From: Synechococcus sp. ChBW.bin.23
Lineage (GTDB): Bacteria > Cyanobacteriota > Cyanobacteriia > PCC-6307 > Cyanobiaceae
NCBI GenBank assembly: GCA_037620855.1
Contig: JASJLK010000091.1
Span: forward strand, 13,589 to 77,588
DNA: 64,000 nt
Reading direction: 5' to 3'
The translations under genes were made by a program, and so were the position numbers. The notes under the pieces were generated by a model. That model saw only the letters and a program-made list of their open reading frames with translations, was not told the DNA's origin and did no database searches. This document shows, one piece after another, positions 9,705 through 18,788 of the stretch (the first letter of the stretch is position 1; each line of letters begins with the position of its first letter).

Positions 9705-11501
9705 TCAGAGCTGGACACGAAGCTCTGTTGGAATCGCTTCTAGAAGGGACGAGATGGCTTCGGCTCGGCTTAAAACGTTGGCGTCCCGTTCTGACCGTTG
9801 CACCAGTTCCACATTTCCTTCTGCGGCAGCACGACCAACGACAACTCTCCAAGGGATGCCAATGAGATCGGCATCCTTAAATTTCACTCCAGCCCGCTCT
9901 CCACGATCGTCCAGCAGGGCATCGATCCCCGTGGCGCGGAGCTCGTTGTAAATCTCCTCACCGAGGGCCATTTGGACCTCATCTTGAATATTGGCCACCA
10001 CCACGATCACCTGAAACGGGGCAATGCTTAGCGGCCAGATCATTCCGGCGTCATCGTGATGCTGCTCAACGGCGGCCTGGGCCAGTCGTGAGATTCCGAT
10101 GCCGTAACACCCCATCCAGAGGTGCTCCTGTTTGCCTTCGTTTGTGGTGATTTGAGCCCCCATGGATTGGGAGTACTTGCGTCCGAGTTGAAAAATATGT
10201 CCTACCTCGATCCCGCGTCGTTCTTCGAGGCTCTGTTCTGGCCTATGGACACAGTGATCGCCTGCTCTGGCATTACGGAGATCCATCGCGGGAATGGCGC
10301 CGAGATCAGACCAGTTGCACCCCCAACGGTGCTCGTCGCTCGTGTTAGCTCCGCACACAAAACGGTCCAGATCGGCAGCTGTTGTGTCAGCGAGTTTGTA
10401 GAATTTGTTCCGCCAGCTGCGTGCCCCAGCGAGGTGGTGATCTGAGAGGTCAGGGCCGATGGAGCCAAACGGGAAGGGCTGTAGTCCTTGTGACTTCAAT
10501 TGTTCGGCATTGATCGGGTTGAGATCGAGAACGGGGCTGTCGAGTTGTTGTGTGAGTGCATTAACAAGCTTCACCTCGTTGAGTTCTTGGTCACCGCGCA
10601 GACAGACAAGAACCGGCTGTTCATCACCAGATTCAAGCTTGGCGAGTAGTAGCAGCACTTTGACGACCTGACTGGGATCAAGGGCATGGGCCGAGCACAG
10701 CGCATCAATCGTGACCTGCCCTTGAGTGGCAATGACCTGTGATTCCCCGCTTGGTAGGGGCAGAGCAAGTGGTGCAATTGAGACGGCTTTCTCTTGATTT
10801 GCTGCGTAATCACCATCAGCACTGATGAGGATCAAATCTTCTCCAGCATCTGCTGTCACCATGAATTCCTGGGATGCGGCGCCGCCGATGGCTCCACTGT
10901 CGGCATCAACTCCGACAGCCGTCAGGCCGCAACGTTGAAAGACTTGGGTGTAAGCCCTCTCCATCTGCGCGTACATGCTGGCGAGATCTCCTTCATCTCC
11001 ATGGAAGGAATATGCATCCTTCATAATGAATTCGCGGCTCCGCATCAAGCCAAAGCGGGGGCGAATCTCGTCCCTAAATTTGCTTTGAATCTGATAGAGG
11101 GTGACGGGGAGCTGGCGATACGACTTCAGGAGATCACTGGCTAATTCCGTGATCACTTCTTCATGGGTGGGACCTAGGCCAAGGGAGCGCTCCTGGCGAT
11201 CTTCAAGGTGGAACATGATCCCCTCGCCATCGGTGTACCCCTGCCAACGGCCACTCTTTTCCCACAATTCGGCTGGTTGAAGTTGAGGTAGCAACGTTTC
11301 AAGTGCACCAATTTGATTCATCTCCTCCCTGACGATTCTCATCACCCTTTGCAGGACCCTCCACATCAGAGGGAGGTAGGCATAGATTCCTGAGCCAACG
11401 CGTCGGATATATCCGCCACGAATTAGCAATTGTTGCGAAGCGATTTCGGCGTCAGCGGGAACATCCCGCAGCGTCACCAGCATCAGGCGGGAGACGCGCA
11501 T
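9705..11501 (-). CDS. proS: Proline--tRNA ligase (with editing insertion domain)
   Basis: LGPTHEE, KFRDEIRPRFGLMR, IEVGHIFQLG, MGCYGIG, KFKDADLIGIP. Confidence 0.97.
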   Translation of the reverse strand: MRVSRLMLVTLRDVPADAEIASQQLLIRGGYIRRVGSGIYAYLPLMWRVLQRVMRIVREEMNQIGALETLLPQLQPAELWEKSGRWQGYTDGEGIMFHLEDRQERSLGLGPTHEEVITELASDLLKSYRQLPVTLYQIQSKFRDEIRPRFGLMRSREFIMKDAYSFHGDEGDLASMYAQMERAYTQVFQRCGLTAVGVDADSGAIGGAASQEFMVTADAGEDLILISADGDYAANQEKAVSIAPLALPLPSGESQVIATQGQVTIDALCSAHALDPSQVVKVLLLLAKLESGDEQPVLVCLRGDQELNEVKLVNALTQQLDSPVLDLNPINAEQLKSQGLQPFPFGSIGPDLSDHHLAGARSWRNKFYKLADTTAADLDRFVCGANTSDEHRWGCNWSDLGAIPAMDLRNARAGDHCVHRPEQSLEERRGIEVGHIFQLGRKYSQSMGAQITTNEGKQEHLWMGCYGIGISRLAQAAVEQHHDDAGMIWPLSIAPFQVIVVVANIQDEVQMALGEEIYNELRATGIDALLDDRGERAGVKFKDADLIGIPWRVVVGRAAAEGNVELVQRSERDANVLSRAEAISSLLEAIPTELRVQL

Positions 11502-11649
11502 AGCGATCAATATTGAATGAGATTGGAAGCTACCATCGCTGCAAGAAAATGGTCGCTTTAGGAAGTGTCCTGATCGCCTGGAACGTCGCTGGCCTCCTGA
11601 GTCTCAGCTGCTACTGTCTGGCCATTCCAATGCGTCCTAAATTAGTCTC

Positions 11650-12114
11650 ATGCTTCCTGGGTCGATCGAAAGTCCTGTTTATGTTGCTGAGGACGCCTCA
11701 ATATCCGCAACAGATGTTGACACGGTAATGGCTCAATCAGTTGCGTTAGTTGCTATCGATGATGTTCAAAAATCCTTGAATCGATCCAGAGCATCTGTTT
11801 ATAGATATACCAATACTGACTCCCGCAATTTAAATCCTCCTTTTAACCTCAAAAAGTTAAATCCTGAATTCCGAAGCGATCAAAAAGATCCTCTTCTATT
11901 TCATCCAAACGAAGTTGCGCGTTTCGCCAAGGATGTATTGAGAATTAAGGAGGTCACAGTTGAAGTTCTCAATTCTCCATCGACAGCAACTCAGCAAGTT
12001 TTAGGAGCCATTCTCGAGGAGTTGCGCCAGATTAGAACTCACCTTGAAGACCTTCCTGCAGCGCCGTCTGACCTTGATGCCCGTCGCGATCGACAAGAAC
12101 GTCCAGCCGCTTAA
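11650..12114 (+). CDS. Cyanobacterial protein with AlpA/excisionase-like HTH
   Basis: VAIDDVQKSLNRSRASVYRY resembles the AlpA/Xis wHTH; coding region looks AT-richer than its neighbours. Confidence 0.65.
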   Translation: MLPGSIESPVYVAEDASISATDVDTVMAQSVALVAIDDVQKSLNRSRASVYRYTNTDSRNLNPPFNLKKLNPEFRSDQKDPLLFHPNEVARFAKDVLRIKEVTVEVLNSPSTATQQVLGAILEELRQIRTHLEDLPAAPSDLDARRDRQERPAA

Positions 12115-12235
12115 AGTTGTGATGGTGCAAGAATCATTTTAGTCTTTCAATATCACCTCTCCGGAGCTTTTCATGCCATTAGGTATGGGTTGCATAGGGT
12201 CAAACCCCTCACCGGATGTCCCTACTCCTGCCTGA

Positions 12236-12472
12236 ATGGACCCCGAGCCTGCCCGCGAACTTTCTCAGCAACCCTCGTTTCAAGTTGCTGGGCCAACACT
12301 TGCCTTTCTAGGGTTCATCCTTGCTTGCACCAGCCTCGGAATTCCATTGGCTGCTGTACTGACCGATCGCCCTCCAATGGGTTCTTTGACACCACTCACT
12401 GCGCAAGATCGCCATGGATCTGAGGTCCCTGCCTCCTTCGCCCTCTCCGGGGCTACTCAATCTGATCGTTGA
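12236..12472 (+). CDS. Small single-TM hypothetical protein
   Basis: Hydrophobic segment LAFLGFILACTSLGIPLAAVL; overlaps the ppa start by 59 nt. Confidence 0.45.
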   Translation: MDPEPARELSQQPSFQVAGPTLAFLGFILACTSLGIPLAAVLTDRPPMGSLTPLTAQDRHGSEVPASFALSGATQSDR

Positions 12473-12926
12473 GATTCCAGCGGGTAGTTGCAATAAATAT
12501 GAGTTTTCAGAAGACGTTGGCGTTATGGCACTGGACCGTGTGCTCCACCCTTCGATTCGATATCCCTTTGACTACGGATTTGTTCCCAACACCCTTGCCG
12601 AAGACGGGTCCCCTCTTGATGCCATGGTGATCATGGCTGAACCCACTTTTGCGGGCTGTTTGATCAAAGCCAGGCCGATCGGGGTCCTCGACATGGATGA
12701 CACGGGGCATTACGACGGCAAGATTCTCTGTGTTCCGGTCGCTGATCCCCGGCAAGCAGGGATTAAGAGCATTCAACAAATTGCACCCAGCCAGCTTGAG
12801 GACGTGGCTGAGTTTTTCCGTACTTACAAAAATATGGATGGTCGCGTTATTTCGATTTCAGGTTGGCGTGATTCGGATGCCGTTGCTCCCCTGTTGGAGG
12901 CATGCGTTCGAGCGGCCGGTAGGTAA
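12414..12926 (+). CDS. ppa: Inorganic pyrophosphatase (family I)
   Basis: KYE, YPFDYGF, DGSPLD signature, DGKILCVP, FFRTYK. Confidence 0.95.
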   Translation: MDLRSLPPSPSPGLLNLIVEIPAGSCNKYEFSEDVGVMALDRVLHPSIRYPFDYGFVPNTLAEDGSPLDAMVIMAEPTFAGCLIKARPIGVLDMDDTGHYDGKILCVPVADPRQAGIKSIQQIAPSQLEDVAEFFRTYKNMDGRVISISGWRDSDAVAPLLEACVRAAGR

Positions 12927-13032
12927 GGCCTCAGGGAGCTGAATCAAGCTTTTCTGGGAAAGATCTGTGATTGAGGCGCTATTGAGGCCTTACTTCTTGT
13001 AAGTTGGTTCGCGCCTAGATTGTGAACGACCC

Positions 13033-13392
13033 GTGCCCACCATCCGTTTTGAGCAGGAAGGCCAACAGGTCGGTTGCATCGAAGGAGCGAATTTACGCAA
13101 AGCAGCCCTTTCATCCGGGATCAACCCTTACAAAGGTCTGAATAACCTCAATAACTGCGGCGGGGTTGGCCAGTGCGGAACCTGCGTGATCGAGGTTATT
13201 GAAGGAGCCCAGAACCTCTCCCCCCGTAGCGATGTTGAAGAGGTGTACCTCTCCGACCGCCCTGCGAACTTTCGCTTGAGCTGCCGCACCAGCGTGAACG
13301 GCGATGTGACCATTAAGACTCGCCCTGACGAAGGGGTTGGTAAGGGTTCAAACAGCCTGCTCGGTGCTGTGAAGAATTTGTTTGGACGTTGA
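13033..13392 (+). CDS. 2Fe-2S ferredoxin-like protein
   Basis: CGGVGQCGTC...RLSC cluster ligands; GTG start. Confidence 0.9.
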   Translation: MPTIRFEQEGQQVGCIEGANLRKAALSSGINPYKGLNNLNNCGGVGQCGTCVIEVIEGAQNLSPRSDVEEVYLSDRPANFRLSCRTSVNGDVTIKTRPDEGVGKGSNSLLGAVKNLFGR

Positions 13393-13757
13393 GCTTGGCT
13401 CAAACCATCAAGGTTTACAGCTACTCCAGATGTTCAACTTGCCGTAGGGCCCTGGCATGGCTGGATGCCAACAATTTGGCTTATGAGGTCGTTGACATCA
13501 CAAAAGCTCCTCCTTCAAAAGAGATCCTTTTGCTTGCTTTCAAGCGGTTGGACCGCCGTCAACTTCTCTTCAACACCAGTGGCCAGAGCTACCGAGCCCT
13601 GGGAGCAGATGTTGTTAAAGCGATGAATGACGATGACGCACTGGCTGCGTTGGCTGCAGATGGGCGTTTGATCAAACGCCCTTTTGTTGCATTGCCCAGC
13701 GGCGATTTTTTGGTTGGATTCAAGCCCGAGGATTGGAACCAGGCTCTTTTGGGTTGA
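13389..13757 (+). CDS. ArsC/Spx/MgsR-family thioredoxin-fold protein
   Basis: CSTC (CxxC), NTSGQSYR, LIKRP; 4-nt overlap with the ferredoxin stop. Confidence 0.85.
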   Translation: MSLAQTIKVYSYSRCSTCRRALAWLDANNLAYEVVDITKAPPSKEILLLAFKRLDRRQLLFNTSGQSYRALGADVVKAMNDDDALAALAADGRLIKRPFVALPSGDFLVGFKPEDWNQALLG

Positions 13758-15225
13758 AATTGAGCCCATCGAGCTGGGTAATCAGTTCGTCCACGCCACC
13801 TTGAATGTGAAGTTGGAGCATGCTGGTGCGCTTGAAGTCTTCGAGAAACGCCACTAATAATTCTTGGCTTCGTTCCAGCACGACGCCTTGTTCGAGCGTG
13901 CGAGCGAGCTCCTCCCAAAAACGATCGAGCGTTTGAATCCCAAGATCTTCGAGAACTTGATCTTTCTGGCCAAGTTGGTCGCCCGCACTCTTTGAGAGCC
14001 CCAACAGCGAATCCACCATTCTTGTAGCGAGCTGACGGCTCAGTTCGGATTCTGCCTTTTGCACTCCAGGCAGCTCCCTTAGCGGTGCCGGTAAGACCAG
14101 ACCATCCAGATTCCGCTGAAGAGTGTGGCCGAATAGCGCCACAAGTTGTGGCCGCAGCCCTGGCCCCACTTGCGTGAGGATGAGAGGGAGCCAGAGCCGT
14201 AGTAGCTCCGCGAGTTCCCTTTCTTCGCTGCTGTCAACAGATTGATGACTACAAAGCCGGAGAATCCTGTTGGGAAGATTCGGCGAGCGCACGATGCCCT
14301 GCATTGCATCCAGAACACGCAGCGTGATCACTTCAAATAATTCGAGGGCCAGGACCGCGACAACGCCGCGACTGACGGCTGCTCGAAGGGGCTCAAGATT
14401 GAGAAGCTGAGCGCGGGATAGCCGCTCTGTGACTGGAACAACTCGCAATAGACGCCAAAATGGAATTAACAGCGGTAGGTCAATCCAACGTCTGAGTAAG
14501 GCGTCTCTCCACGCAATCGCCGGAAATCGACGTTTCAGTCGAAGCGTTCGAACCAGGATGTCCAGTAGAAACAGGATTTGAAAAGGAATGTCGATCCGCC
14601 AGGAAAGGTCGATTGGCATTCCGTTTTCATCAATTCCGCGCGAGTAATTGGTCTCCGCTAGCGGAAGAATTTTGGTGTTCCAAAACTGACGCTCTTGGCC
14701 CCAGTCGTGCTTGTTCAAGTAGCGGTCGCTGAGGAGATAGGCCGCTGCTTGTTTGGCTGAATCCATCTCAGCTCTCCCTCTGAGACGGTTCTTGAGCTTT
14801 TCGAATGCGCCTACATTTCCAGAGCTGATGAACGGGTTCTCATCGACTAACTGGCTATTCCTAACCACCATCTCAAGCCGCAATTGTCGAGCGGCTTGAC
14901 TGTTGATGCCCAACTTTGAAGCGGTGGTCTCGAGTCTGCGGAAGTGCTCGACGTAGGACATCGTGTCACGGTGAACTTCGATGCCCTTCAGCGGGTCGTA
15001 GATGGGTGTGATGTCCGGCAGCCACGGCAGTGGCAAGGCCAAGTTGATCGATGGAAGGGGATAGAGCGTTCTTTGCAGCCAGAAATTTCGCAACGGAATA
15101 TAGGTGACATCGAAAATCACCCAGATCAGATTGAGCGCTGCAATCAGGGCTAAGACCTGATCCCAGCGATTCCAGAACAATTGGATGGTGCGGGGTTTCA
15201 TGCCCTGCCAGCGGGGTCGGACCAT
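13720..15225 (-). CDS. Membrane protein with voltage-sensor-like S1-S4 module and long helical C-terminus
   Basis: 501 aa ORF; S1 WDQVLALIAALNLIWVIFD, S2 IDIPFQILFLLDILVR, S3 WIDLPLLIP, S4 WRLLRVVPVTERLSR. The CDS is solid; the function is inferred. Confidence 0.75.
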   Translation of the reverse strand: MVRPRWQGMKPRTIQLFWNRWDQVLALIAALNLIWVIFDVTYIPLRNFWLQRTLYPLPSINLALPLPWLPDITPIYDPLKGIEVHRDTMSYVEHFRRLETTASKLGINSQAARQLRLEMVVRNSQLVDENPFISSGNVGAFEKLKNRLRGRAEMDSAKQAAAYLLSDRYLNKHDWGQERQFWNTKILPLAETNYSRGIDENGMPIDLSWRIDIPFQILFLLDILVRTLRLKRRFPAIAWRDALLRRWIDLPLLIPFWRLLRVVPVTERLSRAQLLNLEPLRAAVSRGVVAVLALELFEVITLRVLDAMQGIVRSPNLPNRILRLCSHQSVDSSEERELAELLRLWLPLILTQVGPGLRPQLVALFGHTLQRNLDGLVLPAPLRELPGVQKAESELSRQLATRMVDSLLGLSKSAGDQLGQKDQVLEDLGIQTLDRFWEELARTLEQGVVLERSQELLVAFLEDFKRTSMLQLHIQGGVDELITQLDGLNFNPKEPGSNPRA

Positions 15226-15261
15226 GGATCACCGTGCCTGGTTTCAGGCTAGAAGCCCAGG

Positions 15262-16050
15262 TTGATCGCGCCTATCCTGCGTTTCAGGATTGAAGCAAGG
15301 TTCCTGTTGGTAGACAAGCAACACAACAGTCGTTCTGACGACGACCGGCCCAACAGCAGCGAGACTCTTCAGGAGGGCAATAAGGATCTAAAAAAAGAAC
15401 GAGGTTCTGGAAATCCGCTCTGGGATTTTTGGGGCCCGTTGTTGTTCACGATGGCTCTCTATTTCGGGATTCGTCACTATTTGGCAGAGGCACGCTTCAT
15501 TCCCTCAGGCTCGATGCTCCCTGGCTTGCAGATCCAAGATCGTCTGCTTGTCGAGAAGCTCACCTATCGCGGCCGCAAGCCTCGGCGGGGAGAAATTGTC
15601 GTGTTCAATTCCCCCTATGCCTTTGATCCTGCACTGCGCTCAACAACGTCGCCCCCACCTTTTCGATGCGTTCTCGCGAATATCCCTTTGATTGGGTTAA
15701 TTCCAGGCGTCAGTCATCAAGCTTGTGATGCCTACATCAAACGCGTTGTGGCTGTGGCGGGTGATCAGGTGGTGGTGAACCCTCGAGGAGAGGTGCGTGT
15801 GAACGGTGTTGATCTCGACGAATCGTATGTGACCAATTACTGCCCTCTGGACAAGCGGGGGATGAGCCTTTGCCGCACCCTGAATGCCACGGTCCCGGAG
15901 GGACGTGTTCTCGTTCTTGGTGACAACCGCAGTAACAGCTGGGATGGTCGCTACTGGCCGGGTGGAGCCTTCCTTCCTGAAGATCAGATTATTGGTCGAG
16001 CGGTTTGGCGTTTCTGGCCATTTAATCGACTTGGTTCGTTGGGATCCTGA
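15262..16050 (+). CDS. lepB: Signal peptidase I
   Basis: PSGSMLP (Ser), YIKRVV (Lys), GDNRSNSWDGR; start uncertain. Confidence 0.93.
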   Translation: MIAPILRFRIEARFLLVDKQHNSRSDDDRPNSSETLQEGNKDLKKERGSGNPLWDFWGPLLFTMALYFGIRHYLAEARFIPSGSMLPGLQIQDRLLVEKLTYRGRKPRRGEIVVFNSPYAFDPALRSTTSPPPFRCVLANIPLIGLIPGVSHQACDAYIKRVVAVAGDQVVVNPRGEVRVNGVDLDESYVTNYCPLDKRGMSLCRTLNATVPEGRVLVLGDNRSNSWDGRYWPGGAFLPEDQIIGRAVWRFWPFNRLGSLGS

Positions 16051-17299
16051 GTCCACAACTCACTACTTGCCCGCGCATGCGCACGCCTAGCCAAGGCTGG
16101 TTGGCAGCTTTAGGGGCGTGAGGAGCCTCGCGGGTTTGATCCCATGTTTGGTCAGGATCAAAAAGCAACCAGCGATTGCTTCCGAGGCTCAGTCGTTCTT
16201 CGTCCTGTCCAAGCAACCGTGCCGGACCGAAACTGAGCGCTTGCCAGAGTTGGTTCACACTCCATCCCAAATCGATCACGAGACGTTGCCAGAGCGTGGG
16301 CAGCACTAAGTGGTGACCGGACAAGCCTTTTGGACGTTGATCGGGAGGCAAAAGACACTCTTCATCGTCGAGAGGAATGCCATGAACAGCAACGGCGTTG
16401 ATCTTTCCTTCTCCTAGGGCCTGAATTAAGGCCAGGCGATCGCTTTGCCCACCAATGGAAGGGGTGACAAACCAATGGGTCTCTTCAGCTGTTTGGCTAG
16501 ATCGATCCTGCACGAGGTGCCACCAGCTCACAGTGGCCAGTGGAGATGACGTTGCATGGCTCAACATGTGCACTCCATCAGCAGTGGAGAGATTCATGAG
16601 CACAAGCTTGCGATTGATGTGGCGTCGCTGCAGTTCCAGGAGCTGCCCGATGGGCAGCGTTTCGCTGATGATTGGATCTGCAGGCCATCCGGCTCGTAGT
16701 GTTTCTACGCCTTCCCGGATCATTCCGTCTCCGCGCAGGTTGGAGTCATTGGGTGCAATCAGCACTGGGACTCCAGCCATTTCACCGAGAAGTAGGGCGC
16801 GGTTGATGAGGTTGGCAGACGGCATCTGCTCTCCAGCACACAGACCGATGGCACCTGCTTCAATCAGATCGGCGTGGAGGCTGAGGCGTTCTCCTTCACC
16901 GCGATGGGTGAAGCTTCCCCATAAATGAACTTTGAGATCGCAATCGCTCGGCTGGAATCCCTTTAAGCGTTCTGGGCTGTCCCGTTCCGATTCACCGTTT
17001 GGAAGTAGTGCTAGCTGCCCATAACCAGCTCGCCCTGCGGCGTTGATGAGGGTTTTGAGAGTCTCCCCACTTCCTGTAAATGGACTGGGAAGGCTTGAAT
17101 GTGGGTCAACAAGGCATGGGGCGAGAAGTTGCTGGGCCCGGTTTTGGCCCGAAACACCTCTCTCAGCAGCTCGCTGCCTTGCCTCTTCACCAAGGGCGAT
17201 AAGACGATCATCTTCAAAGAGAGCAGCACTTCCTACTTGGAGCGGCTGATCGCTGGCGACTAGAACCTGCACAGGGTCGAGCAGCATCGTCTCAGTCAT
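16022..17299 (-). CDS. Dihydroorotase-like protein, probably catalytically inactive (PyrC'-type)
   Basis: Amidohydrolase-fold pattern (PCLVDPH, AAGRAGY, LSFGPARLLG), but the metal ligands are degenerate. Confidence 0.82.
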   Translation of the reverse strand: MTETMLLDPVQVLVASDQPLQVGSAALFEDDRLIALGEEARQRAAERGVSGQNRAQQLLAPCLVDPHSSLPSPFTGSGETLKTLINAAGRAGYGQLALLPNGESERDSPERLKGFQPSDCDLKVHLWGSFTHRGEGERLSLHADLIEAGAIGLCAGEQMPSANLINRALLLGEMAGVPVLIAPNDSNLRGDGMIREGVETLRAGWPADPIISETLPIGQLLELQRRHINRKLVLMNLSTADGVHMLSHATSSPLATVSWWHLVQDRSSQTAEETHWFVTPSIGGQSDRLALIQALGEGKINAVAVHGIPLDDEECLLPPDQRPKGLSGHHLVLPTLWQRLVIDLGWSVNQLWQALSFGPARLLGQDEERLSLGSNRWLLFDPDQTWDQTREAPHAPKAANQPWLGVRMRGQVVSCGLRIPTNQVD

Positions 17300-17303
17300 G
17301 GGT

Positions 17304-18632
17304 TCACAGTGCTCCCGCTGCTGTTCGATCGAGAACCCCACCGAGGTGGGATGTGAGATTCAGGCAACTCACCACTGCAGGTTGGCTGGAATCTTCTGGC
17401 ATGTCGATCACCGTGACGCCACCGTTGCCTTGTTTCACGGACCAAATGTCCTTGGGCGCAAGGCCTAAGAGGTGACACAGGATTGTTTTGTTCACTGCAT
17501 CATGCGCCACAACTAAGGCTGTCTCTGACGGATCGAGGCCATCGGCGATGCTGTTCCAACACTCCACAGATCGTTCCCAAACGTCTTGAATCGTTTCGCC
17601 TTCGGGCATTTGTACTGTTTCGGGAGCGTCCTTCCAGGCTTGAAGTAACTCCTCCCAACCCTCACGAATTTCTGATTCGAGTTTCCCCTCCCAAAGCCCG
17701 TGACCGATTTCCATCAGACCATCAGTCACAGTGAGCGAGACGCCTGAATGCGATTTCAAAATCCCCTCAGCTGTTTCTCGTGGGCGAGACATAGAGCTGC
17801 TGTAGGCCCGATTCAGAGTCACACCCTCGAGGAAGGAGCGCGCAGCCTCTGCTTGGGCATGGCCGTTGCTGTTGAGTGGAATATCAATCTGTCCCTGGAA
17901 CCGTCCCTGCCGGTTCCAATCTGTTTCACCGTGGCGGACAAGGATCAGACGTGCCTTAGAGCCTTTGGCTGGCAGCGCAGGCTCTAGGTGGGCAATGCTG
18001 TTTAAGCATTCGATCTGTACTTGGTAACCATTCGGTCCTGGGGAGAGGTTGAACACCGACAACGATGCGTTGTCGAGGCGCAGACGCCTGAAACCTCCTT
18101 GAGGCTCGCCCAACAACACCAGAATTAAGCAGCGGAGAATAGCGTTGTGACCTACTACCAGGACGGTGTCGTCGCCAGTCACTGGATGCCGATCGATTAT
18201 GCATTTCAAGAAGGCCCGCGCCTGAACCATTAACTCGGTCACAGGTTGGTAACGCGTGCCGTCAGAGCGGGTGAGTTCTAGGGCTTCCGGTCGTTGACGC
18301 CAGGTGGCATAGCCCTCTGGATCCTTGATCGCCCGTTCATCGGCTGTTAGTCCGCTCCAGGGCTCAAGATCAATCTCCAGCAGTCCGTCATCTAGGACGG
18401 GGGCCAGCCCGTCTTGACGCACGCTCAGCACTCCGGCTGTGGTGGCGGCAGCACGTTGTAGAGGTGAGCTGTAGGCCGCATCAATCTGCACGTCGGCCAA
18501 GGCCACGCCCATGCGTCGCGCTTGGTCTTCGCCGGTCGCTGTGAGTGTTGATAGATCATTGCGCCCCTGAATGCGGCGCTCAACGTTGAAGCTGCTCAGG
18601 CCGTGGCGTAGCAGGAGGAGACGCAGTGACAC
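17304..18632 (-). CDS. Tandem-domain histidine phosphatase (phosphoglycerate mutase-like)
   Basis: Two RHG motifs (LRHGLS, VRHGET) and two V(G/A)H motifs; GTG start at 18632. Confidence 0.9.
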   Translation of the reverse strand: MSLRLLLLRHGLSSFNVERRIQGRNDLSTLTATGEDQARRMGVALADVQIDAAYSSPLQRAAATTAGVLSVRQDGLAPVLDDGLLEIDLEPWSGLTADERAIKDPEGYATWRQRPEALELTRSDGTRYQPVTELMVQARAFLKCIIDRHPVTGDDTVLVVGHNAILRCLILVLLGEPQGGFRRLRLDNASLSVFNLSPGPNGYQVQIECLNSIAHLEPALPAKGSKARLILVRHGETDWNRQGRFQGQIDIPLNSNGHAQAEAARSFLEGVTLNRAYSSSMSRPRETAEGILKSHSGVSLTVTDGLMEIGHGLWEGKLESEIREGWEELLQAWKDAPETVQMPEGETIQDVWERSVECWNSIADGLDPSETALVVAHDAVNKTILCHLLGLAPKDIWSVKQGNGGVTVIDMPEDSSQPAVVSCLNLTSHLGGVLDRTAAGAL

Positions 18633-18788
18633 CGCAACAAGGGAGAAGGCGCGGCCATCGTATGGGTGCGCGGTCTCATGACACGCCGAAATGATCAAAA
18701 TCGGTCGCTGGCAGCCCTTCGCCGGAGAGAATCGTTTGTAGTTGCCCATCGTCTGTTGACCAGCCCGCTGAACGGAGGTTCAAACGCA

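Noticed and set aside
18666-18788. Head-to-head coding overlaps implied by ORF-track starts (phosphatase/CPBP, 57505-58158/csoS1D, psb27/proS)
   Set aside because: They disappear when downstream starts matching the family N-termini are used.
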